Positions 26,462 to 39,232 of a stretch of 64,000 nt of DNA are shown here, piece after piece (within the stretch, counting starts at the first letter, position 1; each line of letters begins with the position of its first letter). The notes below the pieces were generated by a model. The model was not told the DNA's origin. It ran no database searches and saw nothing but the letters and a program-made list of their open reading frames with translations. The stretch is taken from contig OZ024747.1 of the NCBI GenBank assembly GCA_964016885.1, positions 83,390,001 through 83,454,000 of the forward strand, read 5' to 3'. The translations under genes and the position numbers were made by a program. The stretch comes from Eledone cirrhosa. Taxonomy: Eukaryota.

Positions 26462-26690
26462 AATAATTGTTTCTACTTTAGGCACAAGGCCAGCAATTAC
26501 CCAGTACATTACTGGTACTTTATTTTATCGACCCCGTAAGGATGAAAGGCAAAGTTAACCCTAATAATAATAAATGTTTCTACTTTAGGCACAAAGCCAG
26601 CAATTTGGGGGACGGGAAAGTGGATAAAATCAACCTCAGTGTATTACTGGTACTTTATTTTATCGATCCCGTAAGGATGAAAAAAAAAAA
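26462..26690 (-). mobile_element. Two adjacent truncated SINE family A copies
   Basis: gtttctactttaggcaca(a/g)gccagcaatt...cgtaaggatgaaa occurs twice. Confidence 0.8.
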
Positions 26691-27194
26691 TTTCTACTTT
26701 TGGCAGTGCACTTGTCCTAGGTGGTCAGGATAACTGTAGATCTTTGTAGTTCCTCAGTTAACCTTAGGTAGAGGTTGTCCTGTTCTAAAACAAGCTAAAT
26801 GGCCTGTCACTTGTGACAGAGTTGTAAGGGGTGCCACTCTGACGCACAACATTTTTAACCTGGTGGAGCCAATCCCTCTCTTAGTTGAACATAGCTGATT
26901 TATTTCAGAGAGAGGTGGAGAGAGAAAGAATCAACTCCAGTACTGGACTGGTACTTTATTTATTGATCTTAAATGGGGTCAATAAAATAAAGTACCAGTA
27001 ATGCACTGGTTCAATTTAATCAACTTTCCCCTCCTCCAAAATTGTTGGCCTTGTGCCTAAATCAGAAACAATTATTGGTAGAGTGTCAGACAAAATCCTT
27101 TGTTGTATTTAGTTAGAACTTTCTACATGAATTTCATCCTTCTGGGGTTGATAAAGTAAAGTATCAGTTACCGTAAGTACTGGGGTAGATATAA

Positions 27195-27530
27195 TTGATG
27201 GTAATTGTGGTGGTAATGATCATGGTTGAGGTGATGGTGGTGTTAGTTGTGATGGAGGAGGAGGAAGTGGTGAGGTTTGGGGATGATGGAAGGGAAGTTG
27301 TTGTGGTCTTGATGATGATGATGATGATGATGATGATAATGATGATGTTGATGGAGGTGGAAGATGACGAAGTGGTTTGTGTTGGTGGTGGGTGATAGGG
27401 ATGGCGGGGGTCATTGAGGTCATGATGATGGTGTTAGTGATGAAGATGATGACAATGATGGTGCTGCTACTGCTGCTGTTGGTGATGATGATAATGGTAA
27501 TAAAGGTGAGGAGGAGGAAGAGGAGAATGA
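27195..27530. repeat. (GAT/GGT)n degenerate trinucleotide tract
   Basis: Direct inspection. Confidence 0.85.
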
Positions 27531-28124
27531 TGCCTTGGAAAATTGAATGTAATGAATTGGATGCTGATCATTTACTAATTTAATTTAATACATTAATGCC
27601 ACAAGAAACAATTTTCTATCAGTCATTTCTCAGAAGAAATAAAAAAAAAAAAAAAATATATATATATAGAAATAAAAAAAAAAAAAAAGAAATCGATTCA
27701 TCTTACTTCAAACAAGATTGTGTAGTAAAAATAGGGTCAGATGCCCTTGATTGTTTGAGGAATAATTATTGGCAAACTTATCTTACTTATTTGAGATTAG
27801 GTTTCTATATACCTTTACTTCAAAAGCCCCTTTTAATAAGTCCCTTTTCACTAAGATATCTAAAAGTAGCATCCAAAAATATATTTGATGAAATACCATT
27901 AACCCTTTCATACCATGGGATTTAGTAATATAACTAACTTTCTTTTCATTCAACCTCCTGCCTTCTATCACTCATGAACACAGCTCCGAGATACTTGAAC
28001 CTTTCCATCTGCTTCAGTGGAACTCCACTCACATGTAAAGTACACTGTATGTGAATCATTGAGAGGACATGTGTCTCAGTCTTTGCAAGCATTGATTTTC
28101 ATTCCAGCCATGCAAACACATCAA

Positions 28125-28248
28125 GTTCTGGCTCTTTACATTCTGTGTTCAAATCCTACTGAGGTCAACTTTATCTTTCATCCTATTGGGGCTGATAAAA
28201 TAAAGTACCAGCCAAGTACTGGATTTAATTTAATCAACTTTGCCCCCC

Positions 28249-28279
<31 letters not shown>

Positions 28280-28312
28280 AATTGCTGTCCTTGTGCCTAA
28301 ATTAAAAATCAA
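28125..28312 (+). mobile_element. SINE family A-related, degenerate
   Basis: ttcaaatcctactgaggtcaactttatctttcatcc...taaaataaagtaccag...ccttgtgcctaaa. Confidence 0.7.
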
Positions 28313-28747
28313 TATTAAGCAGCATCTTACATGCTTTGCAGTGATTGCAAAGGACCATGGGAGTTGCACTAAAATCATGTATGCCTAAATTTTAAAATTA
28401 TTTAACATTTGAACTAGAGCAGTTTTTATAGCATGGCTGCATCTATAAAACACAATTTAAAACTTTTCATAGATCTCATTCTCATTGTTTTGAACGTTGG
28501 GAAGTCTTCTCCAATCAGTAGTTTTCCTTCCAGCTTTATGCTTTGTTATGGCTATTGATTTTTTGTTCTTGGTCCTTCTTTCAATTCTTGTCATTAATCT
28601 TTTATATCACTTTACCTTTATGTTACCTATTCATTGGTTGGACATATATACTCTACCTGCAAAATTGGCCAGCAGTTTGCAGGAAATTTAATCATTATTC
28701 ACAAGGATGAACAGCCTTCAGATATCAAGTTACTTGAGATCAATGTA

Positions 28748-28905
<158 letters not shown>

Positions 28906-29004
28906 ATATGTATATATATATCAGGGAAAATGGATGTTAATTGACAATGGTGATGATGATGGTGATAATGATGATGGTGGTAGTGTGCGTGTGCATATAT
29001 ATAC

Positions 29005-29475
29005 ACAATTACAATGAGCTGACCACGTCATCAGACAGAGTGATTATCGAATACCTTAATTCCTCATGTTCACTTAGTTTCACAGTGGTAAAAAGGAATG
29101 TAGGAAGGCCATAGCTCAGGTATAAAGACAAGCTGAAAAGTAATCTTGAAGCTGTTGATATACCTTTTAAGTTCTTTAAGCAGGTAGCCCTTGACAGAAA
29201 GAAGTGGAAAAAATTGTTATAGTGCCATTAAAACTTTTGAATCTAGCCATCTCCAACAGCTAAGAAAAGCAAGATTGAGGACTGAAGCATCCACTCTTGA
29301 ACTAGCTACCCTGTCTTGTAGCTCATGCCCTTGCTGTCTTTGAAAATCTTTGACACGACTTAAGTGTCACGCCAGAGATAGACATCCAGCAACTGACTAA
29401 GCTAAAGCCACTGGACACTCATACATTGAGATTGACCGGAGAGTTCACCACCATCATCATCATCATTATCATCAT
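29005..29475 (+). mobile_element. Degenerate RTE/BovB-like LINE 3' end
   Basis: Remnant of the QLRW-GHV-R...GRP..RYKD.LK region (caattacaatgagctgaccacgtcatcaga...ctcaggtataaagacaagctgaaa); (CAT)n tail. Confidence 0.55.
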
Positions 29476-29477
29476 GA

Positions 29478-29539
<62 letters not shown>

Positions 29540-30219
29540 CATCATCATCATCATCATCATCATCGTTTAACGTCCATGTTCCACGCTTGCATGGGTTTGG
29601 ACGGGAGTTTTCCCACTTGAGGCAAGAGTGGTTGTCTTGCTCGCATAGGACTGTCTGGCGGGTTTTCTACAGCTGGATGCTCTTCCTAACACCAACGACA
29701 TTTACAGCATATATATATATATAAATATATATGCTATTGGTGCCTTGAGAAAGTAATACCAAAATTCAGCACGGAGCACATCAAAGAATCGAAATAACAG
29801 AAGCAAGCTTTATTCCATCTTTATGTTTTTCTATTTTTTCTGTTCATATTCTAGCAGTCTGACGAGGTCATAGCTGTTGCATAATGGTTATTACCAATAT
29901 ATATATATAACAGCGACTATGAATAAATAAAGTTAATTTTAACCTGTTGACTTATACTTCTTATTTCCATATAGGAAGCAAGGAAAAGCAGACGTAAAAT
30001 GATAATGATGATGATGATATATATATATGTGTGTGTGTGTATGTAAAAGGCAAAGCAGACTGTTTCGTTGAACAGTTGAGGGACATACGACTTGGCATGG
30101 ACTACCACACAGCTTTCTAACTGATGCTCTAATGACTGCCAATTTTCTACATCAAACATTAAAGAAATTATGTTAGGAATTGTAATGAAACCCAGGTTAT
30201 ATGTTGTTAAATTTGTGCC

Positions 30220-30378
30220 CATCATCATCATCATCATCATCATTGTCATCATCATCATCATCACCGTCATCATCCTCATCATCACCACCACCATCATCAT
30301 CATCACCATCATTATCACCATTATCACCAACATCATCATCATCATCTTCACCGTCATCACCATCATCACCGTCATCAC

Positions 30379-30410
<32 letters not shown>

Positions 30411-30435
30411 CCATCATCATCACCATCATCATCAT
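30220..30435. repeat. (CAT)n microsatellite
   Basis: Direct inspection. Confidence 0.95.
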
Positions 30436-30814
30436 ATTTTTTGGAATTCTATCAGCGTTGTGTGGTTGAACCTTGTTCCTTGTAATCGAGAAGCTAACTA
30501 CTTAACCACATGCATATATATATATATATATGGCTGTGTCTGTGTATCTATTTCCTCTCTCTCTCTCTCTCTTTTTAAAAAGACAGAGCAGTGAACAATT
30601 ATTACACTGTTTGTTTCACCATAAGTTATTTTGTTTTTTAAAGTGGTAACAGAATTAAACATGAAAAATGACAAGGAAAAAGTTCATCAGTTATAGAGTT
30701 ATAGAGTATGTGTATAAGGAAGTAGCAGAGATGATGTCAGAGATGAGGAATGAGGTGGAGGGAGGGTTACTGTGCATACATACACAAGCTCTGTTGTTTC
30801 ATTTTCTTTACAAA

Positions 30815-30968
30815 ACCACCGCCACCACCACCGCTGCCGCCGCCACAACCACTGCCACCACCACCACCATTGCCGCCACCACCACAATCACCACCACCTC
30901 CATCACAGCTACCACCACCACCACCACCACCACTGCCACCACCACCACCACCACTACCACCACCACCA
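30815..30968. repeat. (CAC)n microsatellite
   Basis: Direct inspection. Confidence 0.95.
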
Positions 30969-31176
30969 GAAATCTGGCAACTTATCAACTTGGTCAGTGT
31001 GATCATCTTGGTATTCTTTTATTCTTTTACTAGTTACAGCCATTAGACTGTGGTTATGCTAGGGCACCACCTTTAAGGGATTTAGTCAATCATATTAAAC
31101 CATGTACTTAATTTTTTCAAGTTTGGTACTTTTTTTTTATTGATCTCTTTTAGCTGAACCACCAACTTATGGAATA

Positions 31177-32352
31177 TTAACACAAACACAAATGTTAACA
31201 CAAACACAAATGTTAACACAAACACAAATGTTAACATAGACACAAATGTTAACACAAACACAAATGTTAACACAAACACAAATGTTAACACAAACACAAA
31301 TGTTAACACAAACACAAATGTTAACATAGACACAACTGTTAACACAAACACAAATGTTAACACAAACACAAATGTTAACACAGACACAAATGTTAACACA
31401 AACACAAATGTTAACACAGACACAAATGTTAACACAAACACAAATGTTAACACAAACACAAATGTTAACACAAACACAAATGTTAACACAAACACAAATG
31501 TTAACATAGACACAAATGTTAACACAAACACAAATGTTAACACAAACACAAATGTTAACACAAACACAAATGTTAACACAAACACAAATGTTAACACAGA
31601 CACAAATGTTAACATAGACATAAATGTTAACACAAATACAAATGTTAACACAAACACAAATGTTAACACAAACACAAATGTTAACACAAACACAAATGTT
31701 AACACAAACACAAATGTTAACACAGACACAAATGTTAACATAGACATAAATGTTAACACAAACACAAATGTTAACATAGACATAAATGTTAACACAGACA
31801 AATGTTAACATAGACATAAATGTTAACACAAACACAAATGTTAACACAGACACAAATGTTAACATAGACATAAATGTTAACACAAACACAAATGTTAACA
31901 TAGACATAAATGTTAACACAGACAAATGTTAACATAGACATAAATGTTAACACAAACACAAATGTTAACACAGACATAAATGTTAACATAGACATAAATG
32001 TTAACACAGACACAAATGTTAACATAGACATAAATGTTAACACAAACACAAATGTTAACACAGACACAAATGTTAACATAGACATAAATGTTAACACAAA
32101 CACAAATGTTAACATAGACATAAATGTTAACACAGACAAATGTTAACATAGACATAAATGTTAACACAAACACAAATGTTAACACAGACATAAATGTTAA
32201 CATAGACATAAATGTTAACACAGACACAAATGTTAACATAGACATAAATGTTAACACAAACACAAATGTTAACACAGACACAAATGTTAACATAGACATA
32301 AATGTTAACACAGACACAAATGTTAACATAGACATAAATGTTAACACAGACA
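31177..32352. repeat. 18-bp minisatellite (AAATGTTAACA[CT]A[AG]ACA[CT]), about 65 units
   Basis: Contiguous tandem units with a GTTAAC core; 16-bp variant units at about 31793, 31917 and 32131. Confidence 0.97.
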
Positions 32353-32536
32353 TTAAAAATAATAAAAATATATATATATATATATATCTATGGCTTTATA
32401 TATATATTTCAGAGCACCAATTCTAATTTTCAATTTTTGCTGGACCGGCAATCGCGCTGTATAATCAGTTCCTGATTATTACTGGAATTCTATAAGAATC
32501 CAACATCTATAATTTTCAACAGGCATTGGCGAGTGC

Positions 32537-32582
32537 TAAGCTCTGATGATTACCAATAGTATGAAACAGATCTGTCAGCTTA
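32537..32582 (+). ncRNA. Type-I hammerhead ribozyme with palindromic loop III
   Basis: taagct CTGATGA t-tac-caata-gta-t GAAA cagatctg TC agctta: perfect 6-bp stem I, GUC triplet. The first stem II pair is a U-U mismatch. Confidence 0.8.
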
Positions 32583-32828
32583 TCTCTCTTTGTTTGTTGA
32601 AAAAAGAAGTAAGTGACATAGTCACTACTTTAAAATAATAGCGCAAGGTCTTTAAAATGTTTTTAATTAGGCATACAGTATATTGCCAAATATACTATAT
32701 ATACATTCATGTATACATCGCTATTTCAGGGCACCAATTCTAATATATTATATATATATAATCCTTATCCAGCCCTCTTCGGATTTTAGTCTTCATATTT
32801 ATTATTACTATTATTATTACTATATATA

Positions 32829-33020
32829 GGGCGGTGGATTGGCAGTATCAGTAGAGGGTCGGACGCCATGCTTTGACACATAGAGTTATGCCCCTTTCCA
32901 TTCTGATTTCAAATCCCGCCGAGGTTAACTTTGCCTTTCATCCTTACGGGGTCGATAAAATAAAATACCAGTAATACACTGGGATAATTGTTGGCCTTGT
33001 GCCAAAAGTAGAAACAATTA
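32829..33020 (+). mobile_element. SINE family A, full length
   Basis: ggcggtggattggcagtatcagtagagg...ttcaaatcccgccgagg...gtagaaacaat. Flanking duplication ttattactatatata. Confidence 0.9.
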
Positions 33021-33021
33021 T

Positions 33022-33065
<44 letters not shown>

Positions 33066-33320
33066 TTTTTCTAATAACCAATTTTTCACTATTTTATTAA
33101 TTTGTAGTTAATTTATTTGGCAATCAATGTTTATCATTGACTGACCAACGGTTAAAAATACAGATATAAATATATATATATAGTCTAACAAATTTCTTTC
33201 GTTGCACATCTGTAACATCATCAGTGGTACTAATATCATGTTTCCTCCTAGTATATATATATATATACTACAATGATAAATAAGAACTACACACACACAC
33301 ACATATATATATATACACAT

Positions 33321-33463
33321 GGAGGCACATGGCTTAGTGGTTAGAGCATTGGCCTTGCAATCAAAAGGTTGTGAGTTCAATTCTCAGACCGAGTGATGTG
33401 TTGTTTCCTTGAGCAAGACACTTTATTTCACATTGCTCCAGTTAACTCAGCTGTAGAAATGAG
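33321..33463 (+). mobile_element. tRNA-derived SINE family B (5' part)
   Basis: ggaggcacatggcttagtggttagagc (A box)...gagttcaattc (B box)...ccttgagcaagacactttatttcacattgctccagt. Confidence 0.8.
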
Positions 33464-33665
33464 ATGATAGGGACTGGGGTCCATATCATTCCACTGCAAA
33501 GTGGTCGTGGAGGTGCCACGGCAAAAAAGCACCCAGCACTCACTGTAAATGAGGTTGGTGTTAGGAAGGGCATCCAGCTGTAGAAATCAAGCCAGAATCA
33601 GTTCCCGTCCCACCCTTGCAAGCAGGGAAAAAGCGGACGTAAAATGAAATGATGATGAAATGATG
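33464..33665 (+). mobile_element. Short chimeric RTE-derived non-autonomous element, copy 2
   Basis: Near-identical to 19877-20063; (GAT)n-like tail. Confidence 0.75.
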
Positions 33666-34126
33666 ACTGTGCTTCTGCAACTTCCATCTACCAAATTTCA
33701 CTCATAAGACATTGGTCAATTTCAGGCTAGAGTAGAACACACTTGCAGCATGGTGGGATTGAACACCTTAACCACACAGTAATGCCTGTAAATTTATAAA
33801 AGGATTTGAGTGATTCAATATTTTTTTCCTATTAGTTTATCACAATTGTTTCAACCTGTGTGATGCAAATAATGAGTTTTGGTGTTCTTCTGCAGGGATT
33901 AAATTACACACACATACATACATATACACATGCATGTATGACAGGCTTCCACTTAGTTTCTGCCTAACTAATTTCCCTGATAAGGTATTGGTCAACTCGA
34001 AGCTATAGAAGGAAATATTAATGGTGTTGTGATGAATAATAGAACCTGAAGAAACCGCAATATTTTGCAGTGAACCCCTTAACCATCAACCATGTCTACA
34101 CCCATTTAGTACATATTATTTTCAAT

Positions 34127-35236
34127 TCATCATCATCATCATCATCATCATCATCGTTTAATGTCCATATTCCATGCTAGCATGGGTTTGGACAGGAGTT
34201 TTCCCACTTGAGGCAAGAGTGGTTGTCTTGCTCGTATAGGACTGTCTGGCGGGTTTTCTATGGCTGGATGCCCTTCCTAACACCAACCACGTTTACAGTG
34301 TGGAACTGGGAGGTTTTTACCGTGTTACCTACACGGCCACATTACAGCGTGGACTGTGTGTTTTTTTGTCGTGACACCTACACGATCTCATTTGTTTCGG
34401 GCTGGATGTTGTGGTACCAACATAACTTTACATTGAAAGGGGTGGTGTGGATGAGGTGGGGGTAGTGGGACGGGGGTGTATTTTGTTAGAGGTGCCTACT
34501 GACTGTAGTAGGTTTCACTTTGCACTTAGATAAGGTGGGTCTTCTCTATTACTGTGTAGCGCCAAAGATCTCGGTTCAGTGACATTGTCTTGGAGAGGTG
34601 TAAGTGTGTGAGGTCGGAATTTATCAAGTCGTCCCAGGTTTTTCTGGGTCTGCCTACTCCGTGGCTACCGTCTATTTTTATTGCCCTGCACTTTTTTATA
34701 CAGCTGTTGTCTTTCATGCACATCACGTGACCATACCAACGTAGTCTTCTCTCGAGTAAACAACATCTGATCCCTCTTATTCCTAATTTCTCCCTTAGTT
34801 CGTTTATGCTTTGCCGTTCACGTATATTACTATTACACATCCAGCGAAGCATGCAAGCTTCGTTTCTCTCCAGTCTGCGTATATCCTCTGCACACAATGC
34901 CCAGGTCTCACTGCCATGTAACATTGCTGTTCGTATGCACAGGTTTCATCTGTCGCCTTCAGCAGGTTAGCTTTCAGGAATTCCTACTGTTCCTCTATAT
35001 TGTACGACTCTAATTGCTCTTCCTTACTATCAAAAGCATCAAGTAATATGCTTTTAAATTTATTACTGGCTGTGGGGTCCTTTAATTTCCATATTTTTCT
35101 CCATATTCCTACTCCACCCAGCCCATTGTCATTTCCCACCCAGAAAAGCTTATAGCATCGTTCTTTACCCACGATGAATCTAGCAGACCCACCCCTCCAC
35201 CTGGTCTCTTGAATACAACAAACATCGACCTCCTTT
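34127..35236 (-). mobile_element. RTE family 3 LINE, doubly internally deleted
   Basis: Three fused segments: EN N-terminus (VDVCCIQETRW...GGVGI), linker (WRKIWKLKD...ATDETC), and C-terminus plus 3' UTR matching 55150-55937. Confidence 0.88.
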
Positions 35237-36999
35237 ATTAAAAACAATCTGAAGTTGAAATGAAAATTTTAAGTCAGACTATTTTATGTATTGACTCTTA
35301 ATATTTTGTAATGATTTAGTAGAAAATATCTAAAATGGTATTCTTAATTCAAATGTTCGCATATATCATCTTTACTTGTGGACAGACTTGTGAAAATTTG
35401 CAGTATTAGATTAAGGACTTTAATTTTTAATGTGATATAGTCATATTGCTGTTTTGTACTTTTCAAGTATGCTTTGTTAATGTGGTTTCATGTGTTAACA
35501 TACTAATTTTTCTTTTTACTGTATTGGACTTAATAGTTTATATTTTATGCTTTTTAATTACTGAGTTACCTATGTAGTTATCTGTTTTCCTGTGCATTCA
35601 GTAATCAGAAGAAGGAAGGTGTGAAAGCCAAACTTGCTATCTTCAATTCAGTATTCGTTATTATCCACAGCAATGATGCAAATATCTTGGCTTGCCTCAA
35701 CAATTTTTAGAGTGGAACACCAGCATTCTCTATTGTAGCATGTAACTAAGTGTACAGGTCATCTCAAGATTTTTCTTACTATAATTTTTGATGATTTCTT
35801 TCATTTGTAAATCATATTTATTATATAAATTGTATTCTCAAATTATTGAATAAAATCACTGTAATTCAGGGTCATCTCCAAGTGTCAGACCAGAAAAATT
35901 TCATTTAACCTAAGATTTTCTACCTACTGAGAAAAATTCTTATGATAATAGTTCAACAGAGTAGCCATAGTGTGTTTAAGATAGATTTGTTTTGTTTGTT
36001 TTAACTAATCTCACTGAATTATCATTGATCTTTTTGTTTTGTTTGTTTTCTTTGTTTTTTCTGTTACACACGTTGTCATGCAGTGAACCTACTTTTGATT
36101 GATTAATGACTGTGGTGTTGTTGCTGTTTTCTGATTGGTTCGTTTTGTTTAGCTTTATCATCTGGCTATATCTGCATGCAGCCATCTTGACTTGTTTATT
36201 CGTTCAATGACCTATGTCAAGATGCTTCCAGCGGCTAACATGTGTCTATTCATTCACTCATTTGCTTTCATATCCAATATTGTTAACCCTTTTGTTATGA
36301 TATTTCTAATAAAAACCATTGTCTATAATTTATAAATAATTTTAAAAATAATCAAAGATTTAGTAATATAACTAACCTTCTCATTTTTCAGGTGGTGTTT
36401 TAAACAGAACTTAAGCAGTCTCTGACAAAAATTTATGACGGAAGGTTTTTTAGATAAATATAAATAAACACCTTAACTCTTTCATTAGCATATTTCTAAT
36501 GAAAGACATTGCCTATGATTTTCAAATAATTTTGAAAATAATCAAGAATTTGGAAGTATTTAATTATAGAACTAATTATCTAATTGTTAAGCTGATGTTT
36601 GGCACGAATAAAGACCACTGAAACTGCAACTGCAATATGGTGAGGAAAACAAAGAAGAACCATACTGCATCATTCTTCACATGGGTTAACAAAGGATGCA
36701 TTCAGACCTTAGGTATATATTGCAATTCCCATGTCTTGCTGCAAAAAAAATACAAAAAAACTGCCCATAAACTAAGGAAGTTTCTGTCAATATAAGTATA
36801 TCTATATTTATACTGCCTATTCTAAGTATGGCCATGTTGGATGAGAAACGGGGTAAGTGAGAAAGGATCACTTACCTTGATCGTGTGGTGAAGGGACAGT
36901 AGAATCGTCCCTTTGGCTGGTCATGGGTGTTTCCAAGAGGATGTCAGTGTATATCCTCTTGGTAACTGACCCTCTGAAGTCTCCAACTGCGTTGGAGAA

Positions 37000-39001
37000 T
37001 TTTTGTTTTAAAAGTTTGTAATGTTCTATTTTGATTTCAATGATGCTTATGTTTGTCGAGAGAGTTCTTGGTGTGTAGTAGTTTTTTTCTGTGATGTATG
37101 TGCTGCTTTATATGTTGTAAGAGTTCTTTATTTCCCTATTTTATGGCTGTGTACTTTTTGGGAGGAGGGGCGATTTTGTTGCTGTTTTCTTGTTGTTGCT
37201 GTTGGGTGTGTGTGTTTTGTTGTGTTTGCGATGTTGGTGTTTTTGGTGATGCTGGTGGTAGTGTGGTTGTTGTTGGTGGTGATGCTTGTGGTGGTGATGG
37301 TGATGGTGGTGGTGTTGCAGCCTTTACCCCTCTTTGTCTGGCTTTGCTTTTGGAGGGTGAAGCTAAGGGATTTTTTTCGTTTTTGTTTTTTGTGGCAGAC
37401 CGTTTGCCATTTACCTCCCGCCTCACACTCCATGTCGGACCCCGTGGCGTCCGGGAGGAGCATGAGCTCCACTGATGTTGGTGGTGGTAGTGGAGCCCGC
37501 TCCGGCGATTTTACCGCCAGTGTAGCTACTGCGACTGTCGGTGTTGCCGCTGCCGCTGCTTTAGTTGCTGTTGCCGCTGCTTTAGTTGTCCGTGGCCTTG
37601 GTATGGGTGCCACGGACGTTGCCCTCCTACTCACCATGGAAGGGTCTTCTGCTTCTGTTGCCTAGGTAGCAGCGGATCAGGTGTCGGAAGGAGGGGGGGG
37701 GGCCCTCTTCTTGGCTGCCTTGGGCGCCTTCCTTCCACGCTTATAGGGAGTTGGAGCCCTTCTTCGGGGTCTATGATGGCTGGGATGGCCTTGATGCACT
37801 CCTGGCCAGTCTGTATTAGCATTTGCTTGCCTATTCCTGACCAGTTCTCTCTTTCTATTCTCTGTATTTACAGTATGGTGGTCTTCTCCTCGATTCCAGC
37901 CAGTACAGATGCAGCCAGCCAAGGTATGGGCACGTCGGGCGGGCACTGGGTCACTTTGACCCTCACAATTTTCTGCCCGCAGTAGGAGGGCACCAAGACT
38001 ATCTCCTCACTCTTTAGGGTTTCAAAGAGTGAGACTTCGCCTCTTGGGGGGTGGAGAAAAGTATGTCTACTGTGGCGTATTTTTTGCCTCAGGGGATGTG
38101 GGTTTTGCGCGGCCAGACGCACCCCAAGGCCTTTTGGATTTCAGCCTCTGTGGCTCTCTCCACCCGATGTGACATTTTGCTTACGCCTCCGTGGCTCTCT
38201 CCACCCGATGTGGCATTTTGCTTACGGTGCGGTAAATCACCGTGCGCAGCTGCTGGTCTTTGAAGTAATCGGATGGAGGTTTCAGGGAAACTCTATTGTC
38301 GTTTCTCGACACCATGGCTCTTGCGACTGCCATCTCCTCCTCCGTAACTAGCACTGTCTCCATATTTCGGGCCACACATGCGAAAGAAGTGGCTCCCTTT
38401 TTAGCAGCACCATTATTTCTGCCGCTACTGCTGCTACTAGTCTTGCTGTTGGTGCTGTTGCTGTTACTACTGCTACAAACGGTGTTGTAGTTGGTTGTGT
38501 TTTTGGTGCAATTTGTATTGTTGCTGTTGGTGTTGTCATTGTTTATTTTCTTGTTAGTGGTGTTAATATCGTTGTTGCATTTGTTGTCATTTTTTTTCTG
38601 TTGTCTGTATTTTGGTTGATGCTGTTATTGTTGTAGTTGGTGTGGTAATTTTTTCAAAATTAGTGTTCTCAGTGTTGTCTTTGTTCACGTTGTTTGTGGT
38701 GGTGTCTGTTGTATGGATTTCACTAACCCTCCCCTCAACTTTTCTGCTGTTGTCACACGACAGCAGACATATTGCTGGGGGCGTGCTCAGCCATGTTTTT
38801 AAAAAAAAAAATAAAAAAAAAAAAAAAGTAAAATGTTCAAATATTTGGCCCAAAAGACCCAAATATTATACTTTCCCCTTTACAGGGCAAAGTCTAAAGG
38901 CTTATATCCCTTATACAACAAGAAATATTTAACAACAAATAATTTTAACAGGCAAATAAAGCGACTTACTGGGAGCGCGCAAAAAGCGTCCGAACAGACC
39001 G
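37000..39001 (-). mobile_element. Tx1/L1-like LINE 5' region with fragmented ORF1
   Basis: Minus-strand fragments VPSYCGQKIVRVKVTQCPPDVPIPWLAA and IPAIIDPEEGLQLPISVEGRRP, followed by a low-complexity region with WQTV..KK. GC-rich 5' terminus near 39000. 41-bp tandem duplication at 38144-38225. Confidence 0.55.
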
Positions 39002-39055
<54 letters not shown>

Positions 39056-39232
39056 GGGATGGTTAAAGAAAATCGGCCCCTTCACGCTTTTTGGAACGCT
39101 TCAAAAGGCATGCTTGCTGGGAACAGCAAGAACCCTCCGATACGTCCTGAATATCTGAGGCTGCAGGTAGTGGCTTGATATTCATTCCAACGGACTTTCC
39201 AGTTAACTAACATCAATGACTGAGATTCAAGG
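39056..39232 (+). mobile_element. R4/Dong-like RLE retrotransposon extreme 3' end inserted in (TAA)n
   Basis: Encodes WLKKIG...TLQKACLLGTARTLRYVLNI*, a typical R4/Dong C-terminus. (TAA)n on both flanks. Confidence 0.8.

Noticed and set aside
31177-32352. CRISPR-like array or repeat protein (VLTFVF ORFs)
   Set aside because: Units are contiguous with no unique spacers, no cas genes, and a eukaryotic context. ORFs arise only because an 18-bp unit lacks stops in some frames.
33321-33395. tRNA gene
   Set aside because: Has A and B boxes but no closed acceptor stem and continues into a SINE body found elsewhere in the window.
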